Source: Nitrospirales bacterium
GTDB taxonomy: Bacteria; Nitrospirota; Nitrospiria; Nitrospirales; UBA8639
Direction: 5' to 3'
Length of the DNA stretch: 64,000 nucleotides
Assembly: GCA_963555755.3 (NCBI GenBank)
Contig: OY820905.2
Span: 288,001-352,000 of the forward strand
Shown here: in pieces, positions 52,855-64,000 of the stretch
How the letters are laid out: the number at the start of each line of letters is the position of its first letter
Position numbering within the stretch: position 1 is the first letter of the stretch
The notes under the pieces: generated by a model
Seen by the model: only the letters and a program-made list of their open reading frames with translations
Database searches by the model: none
What the model was told of the DNA's origin: nothing
Made by a program: the position numbers and the translations under genes

Positions 52855-53616
52855 ATGACTTTTGCTCTCACCCGACAGCCAGCTTTGTCGCTTGAGAATG
52901 GGGAAGTCACTCATGTTTCCCGTCAAAGCATCGATCTTCCGCTTGCGTTTCACCAACATGAAGCATATTGCCAGGCCTTACAACACATGGGAGTGGAGGT
53001 TGAACGACTTCCATCTGTAGAAGGTCATCCCGACAGTGTCTTTATCGAGGACAACGCGATTATCCTCGATGAACTGGCGGTGCTTTCTTCCATGGGCACT
53101 GTTTCACGGCAGGGTGAGATCGATTTCCTTCTTCCTGTTCTTTCCAGACATCGTAGTGTCGTTACGATATCACCACCTGCCCTACTTGAAGGCGGTGATG
53201 TGTGTTGTATTGGCACAACATTGTTGGTGGGAATTTCTTCTAGGACCAACTGGTTGGGAGCAGATGCTCTGCGAGCGATCGTGGAACCGTTCGGGTATCG
53301 AGTGACTCCCATTGAAATTCAAGGGTGCCTCCATCTGAAAACAGCATGTACACCTCTTGATGATAAGACGCTGTTGGTGAATCCGACTTGGCTGGACTTG
53401 GATGCCCTGAGACAGTTTCAGCTTGTGCGGGTACCATCCGCAGAACCGCTCGGCGCGAATGTGTTGCGCTTGCCTCAGGGAATTCTGGCAAATGCTGCAT
53501 TCCCAAGGACTCTCGATTTGATGAAGGCCGAAGGGCACACGGTCCGTGACATCGAAATAAGTGAGTTTTTCAAAGCTGAGGCTGGGCTGACATGTTTGAG
53601 CCTCATCTTTGATTGA
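52855..53616 (+). CDS. Dimethylarginine dimethylaminohydrolase family protein
   Basis: PDSVFIED, LEGGDV, LHLKT, AGLTCLS. Confidence 0.88.
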   Translation: MTFALTRQPALSLENGEVTHVSRQSIDLPLAFHQHEAYCQALQHMGVEVERLPSVEGHPDSVFIEDNAIILDELAVLSSMGTVSRQGEIDFLLPVLSRHRSVVTISPPALLEGGDVCCIGTTLLVGISSRTNWLGADALRAIVEPFGYRVTPIEIQGCLHLKTACTPLDDKTLLVNPTWLDLDALRQFQLVRVPSAEPLGANVLRLPQGILANAAFPRTLDLMKAEGHTVRDIEISEFFKAEAGLTCLSLIFD

Positions 53617-53668
53617 GTGTGTATTGTGACATAAAGGCCTTTGTGTATGCCCCAAAAGGAGTCTTGCT

Positions 53669-54067
53669 GTGATACGAAGATCGTTGTTTGTCGTGTTCAT
53701 GTGGACCATTCTTTTTCTTCCGGTCGCCTATGGTGAAAATCCCGACAATTCTATTTCTGTGACGGCCACGGATTTTCAATTTAGGCCGAATACCTGGAGC
53801 ATTGCTTCGGGCCAGGACATAGCCCTTTCTTTTACCAATAACGGCGTGCAAGAGCATGAATGGGTATTACTCAAACAGGGAACTGAAGTGACTCTACCCT
53901 TTAATGACGATGACGAAGAAAAAGTCTTCTGGGAATTGGAAACCGGTCCTGGTGCAACCAAAGTAGGAATATTTACTGCTCCACCTCAATCCGGCACCTA
54001 CACTATTGTCTGTGGAAAACCTCGACATATTGAACGGGGAATGACCGCTACTCTGATCGTCCAGTAA
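53669..54067 (+). CDS. Exported cupredoxin (type 1 copper) protein
   Basis: HEW and C..P.H...GM ligands. Confidence 0.85.
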   Translation: MIRRSLFVVFMWTILFLPVAYGENPDNSISVTATDFQFRPNTWSIASGQDIALSFTNNGVQEHEWVLLKQGTEVTLPFNDDDEEKVFWELETGPGATKVGIFTAPPQSGTYTIVCGKPRHIERGMTATLIVQ

Positions 54068-54435
54068 TGTGTTCTTCTTTTGTGGGATGACGGACCCTAA
54101 GGATCCACCGGCCGCACCTCTTCTCGGTTTTGCGATTTTCGCTATTCGCTATATATTGCCTGAACGATCAACGAATTGAGGATTCACAATCGTTCTTCGT
54201 CCAGATCAATAGCATCGACCCATCTTGTGACTGTGGGCAGTTGGTCCACAGTCACCCCACGTATTTCGGCAATGCCGGCAAGTAAGGCGTTCAAGTGGGC
54301 TCCATTTCATTTTTCGGTTCTCCATTAACAACCATGTCATTCCATTGGTCTTTATCTTCCGGGGTCAATGCCATGCCATGCCCCTTGTACCCAGAAGGCA
54401 GGTTGAAGTGTTATTTGGCAAGGTCGTGGATGCTA

Positions 54436-54452
54436 TGGGCATGGGGTTTGCT
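54436..54452 (+). promoter_or_regulatory. sigma54-like promoter
   Basis: TGGGCATGGGGTTTGCT upstream of the STAS gene. Confidence 0.55.
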
Positions 54453-54547
54453 AGATTAGAGTGTGATACGAATGGAAAAGGTTATTTCCATTCATTAACA
54501 CCTTTTACACGTTGATTCAATGACCTTTTTCTCATAGAGGAGGAAGT

Positions 54548-54880
54548 ATGGAAATTTCTGGTTACTGGGAAAAAGATGCCCGGGTGATTGCCGTGTCAGG
54601 GTCAATTGACCCATCGGAATGGGTTGTCCTGACTGCGGCGTTTCTGGCTGCACAGATTGCCCAGCGTCGACACATTGTTTTGAATTTAAGCAAAATGGAT
54701 GGTGCGGAACCCTGGGTTGTCGTGAAATTGTTTACGTCATATCTTCAACTTCGGCAACAGGGCATTCGTTTGAGTCTTGTGAATCCCCAACCTTTCCTAC
54801 GTAGGAAATTAGAACCAACCAATATCCCCGCCTTTGTTGACTACTTCTCTAGCGACCTAGAAGCCTTGAAGGCCGCATAA
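54548..54880 (+). CDS. STAS-domain protein
   Basis: VSGSID, IVLNLSKMD, LSLVNPQP; GAGGAGG RBS. Confidence 0.75.
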   Translation: MEISGYWEKDARVIAVSGSIDPSEWVVLTAAFLAAQIAQRRHIVLNLSKMDGAEPWVVVKLFTSYLQLRQQGIRLSLVNPQPFLRRKLEPTNIPAFVDYFSSDLEALKAA

Positions 54881-55012
54881 TCCTTTGAATATTGGGAATG
54901 TTGAAAAAAGCCGCCAGCGGCGTTCTCGCCCTTTTGCCGTGCTCACGTACTATGAGTACGCTCCGCTCGTCAAAAAGGCTGCGGCCTTGCTGGATAGACC
55001 CTTCGGAAAGAC

Positions 55013-56224
<1,212 letters not shown>

Positions 56225-56360
56225 GGCATGCTTTTTTGAACATTCCCTCCCACTGACGATGCGTGGCTCATCTGGAGCTTTTTGGGGCTGTTGGAGTGCA
56301 ATATTCAACAGGCCCATATTGGACGAGTTGTACGTAGGAGAGGTTGCCTACTTGATTTAT

Positions 56361-56501
56361 GGGCACCTCTAAAAACCGTCCTTTTCCGTGATGGCGGCGT
56401 CAGCCGCGTGCTCAAATCCTCATGTATTCGCCCATACACTCCGGTTTTCCGCGCGCGGCTTCCTTGCCCTCACAAAAAATGCCTGGTTTTTAGAGGTGCC
56501 C
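56361..56501 (+). mobile_element. MITE family A, copy 5
   Basis: 141 bp, same TIR. Confidence 0.92.
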
Positions 56502-56701
56502 TTAACTGTAAAAACAAATTTCCCTTGATCTGTTTTTACCTTTCACAATGATTGTTGAGCAAAAATGGTCGTTGGGGTTACTGGATGTCGGAATACAAGA
56601 GGACGGAGAAATTCGACAATTACTGAAAGATCGATGGGTGGTTCGTGGAAATTTTGTTGCGCTGCTGTTACACCTACCGTACACTCGATTGCAGGTCTAC
56701 T

Positions 56702-57877
56702 ATGACACTTGATGTACTGAAAAAAAGTATCCATGAGAAATCCAACGCGAATTTGGGTGTGTATATTCACATTCCCTTTTGTCGTGTGCGATGCCAGTTC
56801 TGTGCGTTTTATGTGCAGACGTATCGAGATGAAAAGGTGGAGGCTTTTCTTGACGGGTTGGATCGAGAAATCCCACTGTATGGGCGAGAGATGGGTTTTG
56901 AAAATATTTCTGTCACTTCTGTGTATTTTGGTGGGGGGACGCCGACGGTATTGTCGTCTCGGCAATTGGGTCATGTGTTGGATGAAATCCGAAAATGGTT
57001 CGTGGTTGCGGCTGATGCCGAAATATCCCTGGAAGCCCACCCAGGAACGGTCGATCAACAGAGCTTAAACATGCTGCGTTCGAGAGGATTCAATCGGCTT
57101 AGCATTGGAGCTCAATCCTTTGATGACCAAGAACTCCTCCAGTTAAGTGGGCGATCAACGCGCCGGACCACGCAAACAGCGATGGAATCTGCTCGACAGG
57201 CTGGGTTTGAAAATATCAGCTTGGATTTGATGTATGGGTTTCCCGGACATACCGCCGATTCTTGGGAGCAGACAGTAGATGCCACCATTGCCTTAGCCCC
57301 GACTCATCTTTCCTGTTATGCTTTTACTGTCGAGGAAGGTTCGCATTTGTACGATAAGGTCAAGCATGGAACGGCTTGCCCACCGGATGAGGCCGTTCAA
57401 GCCCGTCTAGCGATGCTCACCGGTGAATATCTTAGGGCAGCTGGGTATGAACAGTATGAAATTTCAAATTTTTGCCAATCTGGCTTTGCCTGCCGACATA
57501 ATCTTCGTTATTGGCAAGGTGAATCCTATCTTGGGTTAGGTCCTAGCAGCCAGTCTTTTGTGAGTGGAGTGCGGTTTGGAAATGTGGCGGATCTGGATTC
57601 CTATTGCCTCGCACTCATTCAGAAAGAATTACCCATTGACCATTTGGAAGCGCTCAACACACAGGAAATCCAACGTGAGCAAATTGTCTTTGGGCTGAGG
57701 ACAATGAGAGGCGTGCTTCGCGATCAGGTTGGATATCTGTCAGAGAGGGATGTCGGGTGGGCTAGGGCTTTCAGTGGTCTGAAAGTGCAGGGTTTGCTCG
57801 TTGAGGAAGAGGGGTATGTGCGATTAACGGAAAAAGGTATCCAGTTTGCGGATACGGTTGCTGTGGCATTGATTTAA
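56702..57877 (+). CDS. hemW: Radical SAM heme chaperone HemW
   Basis: YIHIPFCRVRCQFC, FGGGTP, YEISNF, HNLRYW, YLGLGPSS. Confidence 0.88.
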   Translation: MTLDVLKKSIHEKSNANLGVYIHIPFCRVRCQFCAFYVQTYRDEKVEAFLDGLDREIPLYGREMGFENISVTSVYFGGGTPTVLSSRQLGHVLDEIRKWFVVAADAEISLEAHPGTVDQQSLNMLRSRGFNRLSIGAQSFDDQELLQLSGRSTRRTTQTAMESARQAGFENISLDLMYGFPGHTADSWEQTVDATIALAPTHLSCYAFTVEEGSHLYDKVKHGTACPPDEAVQARLAMLTGEYLRAAGYEQYEISNFCQSGFACRHNLRYWQGESYLGLGPSSQSFVSGVRFGNVADLDSYCLALIQKELPIDHLEALNTQEIQREQIVFGLRTMRGVLRDQVGYLSERDVGWARAFSGLKVQGLLVEEEGYVRLTEKGIQFADTVAVALI

Positions 57878-57966
57878 GACCTATGACCTTCCTGAAAGAG
57901 ATGGCGTGAGGCGAAAGGGTGTGGAAAAATTAGGTTTGTCTACCGGTTCACGATTTTCCCACCCCG

Positions 57967-58275
57967 TTAATTTTGGTCAGGCTGACTGACTTCTTTCGAA
58001 TCTTCTTGGTCAATCGTTAGACAGTGAGTGTCAAGCCAGCTTCCAGAACACTCCAACACTTCACGAACCATGGTTTCAGGGTGTTTCGTCCGTCGAATGG
58101 TCCATTGGCACACGTATTCCAGCAAATGTTGACGGTCAAATTTTTTGGTAGATGTTTTGGCTAAGGAAGCGAGTTCTTCCATCCCGGTTTGAACAATATC
58201 CTCTACCACATCATGACTATATGATGTGCGGGTGGTCACGTATTGAGTTATTCGTTGAATTTCCTGTTGATTCAT
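57967..58275 (-). CDS. Hypothetical protein
   Basis: 102-aa ATG ORF. Confidence 0.6.
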   Translation of the reverse strand: MNQQEIQRITQYVTTRTSYSHDVVEDIVQTGMEELASLAKTSTKKFDRQHLLEYVCQWTIRRTKHPETMVREVLECSGSWLDTHCLTIDQEDSKEVSQPDQN

Positions 58276-58544
58276 AGTTACAAAGCCGTTGGGATGATAG
58301 GATTAGGCAAATGTTTCAGTCTTGATGGTGAAGGCTCATTCTAAATGGTTCATCGTGAACCCCACAACGTTACTTTTATCCTTATCTTTTCATTCTACTT
58401 ATATGCACATTTATTAGGCATTTTGCTTTGATAGGCATGGTTTCTAGGTCGATGGTTTTTATAAACAAGGTTATCCACATTTGATTAACAGTTTTTGGGG
58501 ACATGATTTTTTGTGAAAGTTTTCATTCCTTTTATTGATTGAAA

Positions 58545-60957
58545 GTAACTACTCAGGTGTGATGATCTTTGTAGTGAATTGTGCAGGCATAAAGGGGTGG
58601 CCGATCATGGCTTGTGAAATGGCTTGCAGCATGTTGCCGCCCTGCTTTCTCGCGGTAGAAAGGTAGCTTCGTATGCGGGCGAACTGCCTCGCGCCTTGAA
58701 GCGTTCGAAAACACCCGGATATTTTGAGGCGGAGCTTGATCATGCGGATATCCTGTTCTGCCAGATTATTAGTGAAGGGAACCTGTCTGTCATGGAGGAA
58801 CGCGAGCACGGAGGCTTCATGCTCGCCAAGACGGGTGAGGAGATTTTGGGCCTTGGTCTTTTTGGGCCGGCCTCGTGACTTTTTCTGTGGCGGTGCCGGA
58901 AGGGGGTTGGCCTGCCATCCGAGGGTGAGAAGATCCCTGTATTGTTTCAGCCAGGGGGTTTTCTGTTCTTCCGTTAACTGTGCGAGTTGCTTGCTGACAA
59001 ACACGTTCATCGTCAGCAACAGGTCAAACATGTGTTTGGCCCATGGTTGTTCGTGCTGCTCGAACAGGCACGTGAGTTCCCGCAAATGATGGGCGTTACA
59101 GAGGCCGTGGGCACAGTCATAGGAGAGATAGGGTTTCCAGAAATCGTGGATCAGGCGGCCAGCAAAATCCGGGAGGATCTGGAACTGCTCGATCGCCTCT
59201 CTTCCCCGTTTGGCGTGCACACCGTAAAAGGTCAACGTGGCCGTGCTGGCACTGTGGAGCCAGTGGAGCGTCCCGGCCGTGCGGACGCCGCTTTCATCGG
59301 CATGGAGGATGGGACTCTTGCCGAGCGCTTCTTTGACCGCAGTCTCGAACGGCGCGAGGTGCTCATAACTTCGGCGGGAGGCCTCGTCAATGGTGGCGTC
59401 GCTGACCGAGGCGCCATACAGATCAGCCATCATCTGGCTGACACGGCGTAAGGGGATCAACTGTTGGTTCTGGAGGTAGACCAGGAGGCTGCGAAATCTG
59501 GGACCGTACTGTGCCGGCGCAGGCAGGTCATCAGGAAATGACGCCGTGACCGAGCGGCCGCATTGGGGGCAGGTTTTGATTGCTCCCCGATATTCGGTGA
59601 CGTCGAGTTTTGGCTCCGGCAGTTCAAAGAGCTGCCGGCGTTCATAGCCGGTGACCGTCTCGTTGGTGAGGTCGGCATGGCAGGAACAGGAGTGAACAGG
59701 CAGGTGGACCAGGTGGTCTGGGGTTTCCACCTGTTTTAACGTCTGGCCGGCATGTCCCTGTTGGCCGCCCGGCTTTTTCCCGGAAGGTATGCGCAGGCTC
59801 TTGGTTCGGGGCTTGGCCGGTCCATCGGACGAGGGCGGTTTGCTGCTGTTGCGACTGTGTTGGTCGAGCCGCTGTGCCAGTTCGGTGACATGCGTGGTCA
59901 GCGCCTGCCCCTGTTCCTGCAGCGCCAGGATCAGTTCGACGAGCGCCTCGGGGTTGCTCTTGGCCAGGATGAGGAGTGCGTCGCGGGTGAAGGTCATGGC
60001 TTGCTCCGGCAGAGGGCCTGTCGGAAGTGGCGGATGAGGGGATAGAGATAAATTGCCTTCACCGGCACGCGCAGAGCCTTGTCACGGTCCTGCCGGGACC
60101 GGCCTTTGGTCTGCCCGACATAGAGCCAGTTCGCGGCCTGATAGCAGATACCTTTGAAGCGGTCTCGCTCCACAAAGGTCTCCACCAAGTGGACGGGATG
60201 GCCGTATTTCTCGATCCAGTCCTGCCGGAGACGTCTCATGACCCGGCCCAGGAGATGGCTGGCCAGATGCGGCACACGCACCCAGGGCAGGATGAGAAAG
60301 CGGGTATTGTTGGTCATGAAGTTGAGGTTGGCGGCTCGGGTGTCCGGCTCCCAGCCGATAAAGGTGTCGCGCGGGGTGGTTTTCCAGGCGGCGGAACCGA
60401 AGAGGAGGCAGGCCAGATCCTGCCCGGAGCGATCCCGCACCAGGTACTTGAGATGTTCACCGACCGTTCGGGTGAACCCGAGGTAGTGATGGTGGCTCAG
60501 GTAATATCCCACACAACTGGCTTCGTAGGAATGTGAGGTTGGAATATGAATGGACAGGGGCGTCAGGGTCTTGAGAGCTGCGTCGATGTGCGGGGCTTCG
60601 GGAGGCATAAACCCCTTTCGGAAAGGGGGGAAGATGTTGCGTCGAGAGGCGACACGAATCGGGGGCAGCTTCAGGAGCCCGCGATGTTCGAGTTTGTCGA
60701 TCATGCTGCGGGCGGCAAAGGTTTTCAGTTGTCCGGACGGGGTCTGCCAGCCCCAGTGCCGACAAATATGCTGGGTTATTTTATGGCGGCTCCAGTCAGG
60801 GTGCCGGCAAACCAGATGGCGTAACCAGCACAGATCAGATTGGGGGAGGCGACGACCTTGACATGTAATCGCTTCATTCATGGCCCCGATTATGCCATGG
60901 GTGGAGCCGTTAGTCCAGAAAAAAATCAGGCTATAGAAAATTGACCTGAGTAGTTAC
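58545..60957 (-). mobile_element. IS66/DUF4338 element, copy 2 (transposase 58549-59997; DUF4338 59994-60881)
   Basis: Proteins identical to copy 1; TSD GATTGAAA. Confidence 0.93.
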
Positions 60958-61225
60958 GATTGAAATAAAAGTAATGGTTGAAGTTAAATTACATTCATTA
61001 TATTTTACAGTGTGATTGGTTATTGAAAAGGCTTTAACCTTTGCTTGAATTGATGAATCGAGTGTCATGAAAATAAAAGTATGACTTGAATGGCGAAATG
61101 GGTACGTTTGGCTGTTATCCACAGTATTGAATGGGGTAATTTTACTAACGGTTTCGAATAATGGCATGCGGAGCATGCGGACTGATGAATGTTTGTGTTG
61201 GCATTCCTGTTTATTTCCAAAGTGG

Positions 61226-61753
61226 TCATGAGGATGCACCAAGCTGCCAAATAGTCTGAATTCCCAAAACGATGAGAGTAAAGGTTCCCCCAACTAACAG
61301 AAATAGGAAAACAAGAAGTCCGATCACAAAAATCCAATCGCTGGTAGTTGCGCGGGTTGTGGTTTGGGTGGTATAGCGGCGCAACAATTGTGCATTGATT
61401 TGGTTGCTTCGAAACCAAATGGAAAATAGATCCCCAAGCCCAGGAATGGCGCCAATCACGGTATTGATCCCCACATTGAGCGCCATTCGGGCTAGGACGA
61501 TTTTTGGAACATGCAGTTGAGCAGCAAAAAACAGGATTGAGGAGCCAATGAGGTTGGCGATGATATCGCCTATTCCTGGCACGAGGCCCAAGAGGGGATC
61601 GAGGCCGATACGAATCCGAGTCCCAGGAATGCAAAAGGCAGAGTCGAGTAAACGGGCGATGAACTCGGCAAAGGCTCGAACTTGTTCTCGATCTGATTCT
61701 TCCTCAAGAACGGGTTCAACCGTGGGCCTTCTATATTGAGTATGATCGTCCAA
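61226..61753 (-). CDS. DUF4112 membrane protein
   Basis: LLDSAF.IPGT..RIGLDPLLGLVPGIGD. Confidence 0.88.
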   Translation of the reverse strand: MDDHTQYRRPTVEPVLEEESDREQVRAFAEFIARLLDSAFCIPGTRIRIGLDPLLGLVPGIGDIIANLIGSSILFFAAQLHVPKIVLARMALNVGINTVIGAIPGLGDLFSIWFRSNQINAQLLRRYTTQTTTRATTSDWIFVIGLLVFLFLLVGGTFTLIVLGIQTIWQLGASS

Positions 61754-61785
61754 GAGGTTCTTCCTATTTTGGCATCTCGTACCTA

Positions 61786-61923
61786 GGAGCCTGTCCCAGA
61801 TTAGACGAATTTACTGTGGGTGTGCTGGATTTGGCCAGATCTTCCGATCCTTTTCGTTGAATAGCCCAACTGTCGGGTCTAGGTTGAAGCTGACTCGAAA
61901 TTAGATTTAACAAATCAGGCTTC
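61786..61923. mobile_element. Degenerate MITE family I copy
   Basis: Left part matches 7921-7990 joined to 8206 onward. Confidence 0.6.
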
Positions 61924-62084
61924 CTGGAAATTGTCAAGGGGGTCTTGGTCTGGTTTCATTTCCAATATGGAGTAAGGGGGTGAGGAGTGAAAAGCAAAGA
62001 GTCCTTTGGTATCCAGCTCCTTCCTCCTGACTCCCTACTGATTCTTTCCCTGGAAATGCGTAACTATTTCATGAGTGCTATTCA

Positions 62085-63584
62085 ATGACGACTTTTATTC
62101 CCAAACGACCACGATTGTCGAAATCGCGCTTTCTTTCCGGTCGCCAGTGCCATAAACGCCTCTATTTTGAAGCGTATACTCCGGAGTTGGCTGCTAAAAC
62201 TGATGGTCAACGTCAAGCCATGTTGGACATGGGCAAACAGATTGGCGACACGGCGCAACAATGTTTCCCCGGCGGGCAACTCGTGACTGAGGGGTATCGG
62301 CAATCAGCGGCTGCCTTGGAGCGGACCGCCACCTTCATGACCAACCCCGACATCCCCGCCATTTTTGAAGCGGCGTTTCAGTATGAGGGGACACTGATTC
62401 GGGTGGATATATTGGAACGAAGCGGGGAGCAGACGTGGCGTTTGATTGAGGTCAAAGCCTCTTCTCGTGTGAAAGCCGTGCATTATCATGATCTGGCTAT
62501 ACAAACGCATGTGTTACAGGGAGCTGGCATTGCTATTTCACATGTCTGTTTGATGCATATCAATCGGCATTATGTCTTTCAAGGCGGGGATATCGATCTA
62601 CATCAGCTCTTTGTCGTGGAAGACCTTACCGAAGAGGTCTTGCCACGATTGTCCGGTATTCCTGATCAGTTGGAACAGATGCGTGCCGTATTAACTCAGG
62701 AGGTTCCGCCGGTGGTGAAGCCGGATGGCCATTGCCATACGCCTTATGAATGTCCGTTTTGGGATCATTGCACGCAGGAAAAATCCGAACGCTGGATTTA
62801 TCACTTGCCTGGCACCAAAGAGGTGGTGAGGCGAATGATGAAGCAGGGTATTGAACTGATCGATGACATTCCTTCCCGCGTGAGGTTGTCCGCATTGCAG
62901 CAGCGTGTAAAGGACAATGTGGAATGGCTCTCTCCAGAGTTAGAGCAGACCTTGAAGTCGGTACACTATCCGATCCACCATCTTGATTTTGAAACATTCA
63001 TGCCGGCGATTCCGTTGTATTCGCAGACACGTCCCTATCAGCCCGTTCCTACCCAGTGGTCGAATCATATTGAACGCGAGGATGGGACCCTTCAGCACGA
63101 AACCTATTTGTGTACGGACCACCGGGATCCTCGAGAAGAATTGGCCGTCGCCCTTCTCTCTTCCTTAGGACAGGACGGGAGCATTTGCGTCTACTCCGAT
63201 TATGAGAAGTATGTGTTGACTGCCCTGGCAGAAGTATTGCCTTCTCTACGAACAGAATTGCTTCAACTCACGCATCGGTTGTGGGACCTTCTTTCCGTCA
63301 TCCAATCGCACTATTACCATCCGGGGTTTGCAGGGTCTTTTTCCATCAAGTCGGTGTTGCCGAGCTTGGTGCCTTCCTTAAGTTACTCCGATCTGGAGAT
63401 TCGGGATGGGGCTACGGCTTCAGCGATGTATCATCAGATGGTCTTCAAGGAAGCGGATTGGGTGGAACGGCAACGAATAGAATCAGCATTGCATGAATAT
63501 TGCGCACGCGATACATTGGGCATGGTTGAATTGCGTCGAGTCTTAGCTGAGAAGGTTCAACACAGAGTCCCCCCAACGTCCTGA
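62085..63584 (+). CDS. DUF2779 protein (PD-(D/E)xK nuclease plus RNase H-like domain)
   Basis: LSKSRF..G.QC, RVDIL..IEVK, C..PYECPFW.HC, LDFET, GSFSIKSVLP, YC.RDT. Confidence 0.85.
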   Translation: MTTFIPKRPRLSKSRFLSGRQCHKRLYFEAYTPELAAKTDGQRQAMLDMGKQIGDTAQQCFPGGQLVTEGYRQSAAALERTATFMTNPDIPAIFEAAFQYEGTLIRVDILERSGEQTWRLIEVKASSRVKAVHYHDLAIQTHVLQGAGIAISHVCLMHINRHYVFQGGDIDLHQLFVVEDLTEEVLPRLSGIPDQLEQMRAVLTQEVPPVVKPDGHCHTPYECPFWDHCTQEKSERWIYHLPGTKEVVRRMMKQGIELIDDIPSRVRLSALQQRVKDNVEWLSPELEQTLKSVHYPIHHLDFETFMPAIPLYSQTRPYQPVPTQWSNHIEREDGTLQHETYLCTDHRDPREELAVALLSSLGQDGSICVYSDYEKYVLTALAEVLPSLRTELLQLTHRLWDLLSVIQSHYYHPGFAGSFSIKSVLPSLVPSLSYSDLEIRDGATASAMYHQMVFKEADWVERQRIESALHEYCARDTLGMVELRRVLAEKVQHRVPPTS

Positions 63585-63748
63585 CCATTTTCATAATTTC
63601 CGCATGATCTCTTCCATTGACCCAATTGGACCACCTTGTTAGAATCCACCCACATGTCTCGACACTGGGCATGTGCAGCGAACGTCGTGCCAGGCCCTTC
63701 CTTGCCTGATGTATGCTTTCCTTATTCACATTCTCATTAATTGTCATC

Positions 63749-64000
63749 ATGATACGGATTTTAGTCTTACACGGTCCTAACCTCAATATGCTTGGTGTGC
63801 GCGAACAGGACCTGTACGGGCATCAAACATTGAATGATATCAATGGGTTGCTGGATTCATGGGCCAAGGAAGCCGGTGTACACTTAGAAGCCAAGCAGTC
63901 GAATCATGAAGGGGACCTGGTGACGTTCATCCAGGAGGCGCGAGGGCAATTTGATGCCATTGTGATTAATCCTGCGGCGTACACACATACCAGTATAGCC
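63749..64000 (+). CDS. aroQ: Type II 3-dehydroquinate dehydratase (partial)
   Basis: [12 protein letters not shown]...[18 protein letters not shown]. Confidence 0.92.
   Translation, partial: MIRILVLHGPNLNMLGVREQDLYGHQTLNDINGLLDSWAKEAGVHLEAKQSNHEGDLVTFIQEARGQFDAIVINPAAYTHTSIA

Noticed and set aside
62085..63584. Cas4-like nuclease as evidence of CRISPR
   Set aside because: Stand-alone DUF2779 architecture with no array or cas1/cas2

Overview
Bacterial chromosomal window; the gene set suggests Nitrospirota, but this is an inference. Housekeeping genes at both ends (aguB/aguA, a sugar ABC transporter, hemW, aroQ) flank a ~28-kb integron region (21.3-49.3 kb). This region has no intact integrase. 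It holds a 5'-truncated intI co-oriented with its cassettes, two intI 3' fragments of a second lineage, five promoter+attI-like modules, and about 15 cassettes with intact or broken attC sites. Mobile elements include 2x IS66-type and 2x ISAs1-type elements (both carrying a DUF4338-like domain), ISL3, IS4, IS256, IS1595 and an IS3 that hosts an ORF-less group II intron. An IS110 is also present; its bridge-RNA guides can be read directly from the sequence and match a palindrome nested inside a MITE. Intergenic DNA contains at least six nested MITE families, several of which share one internal hairpin motif, plus REP-like palindromes around a duplicated DUF559 gene. All calls come from reading the sequence; no searches were run.
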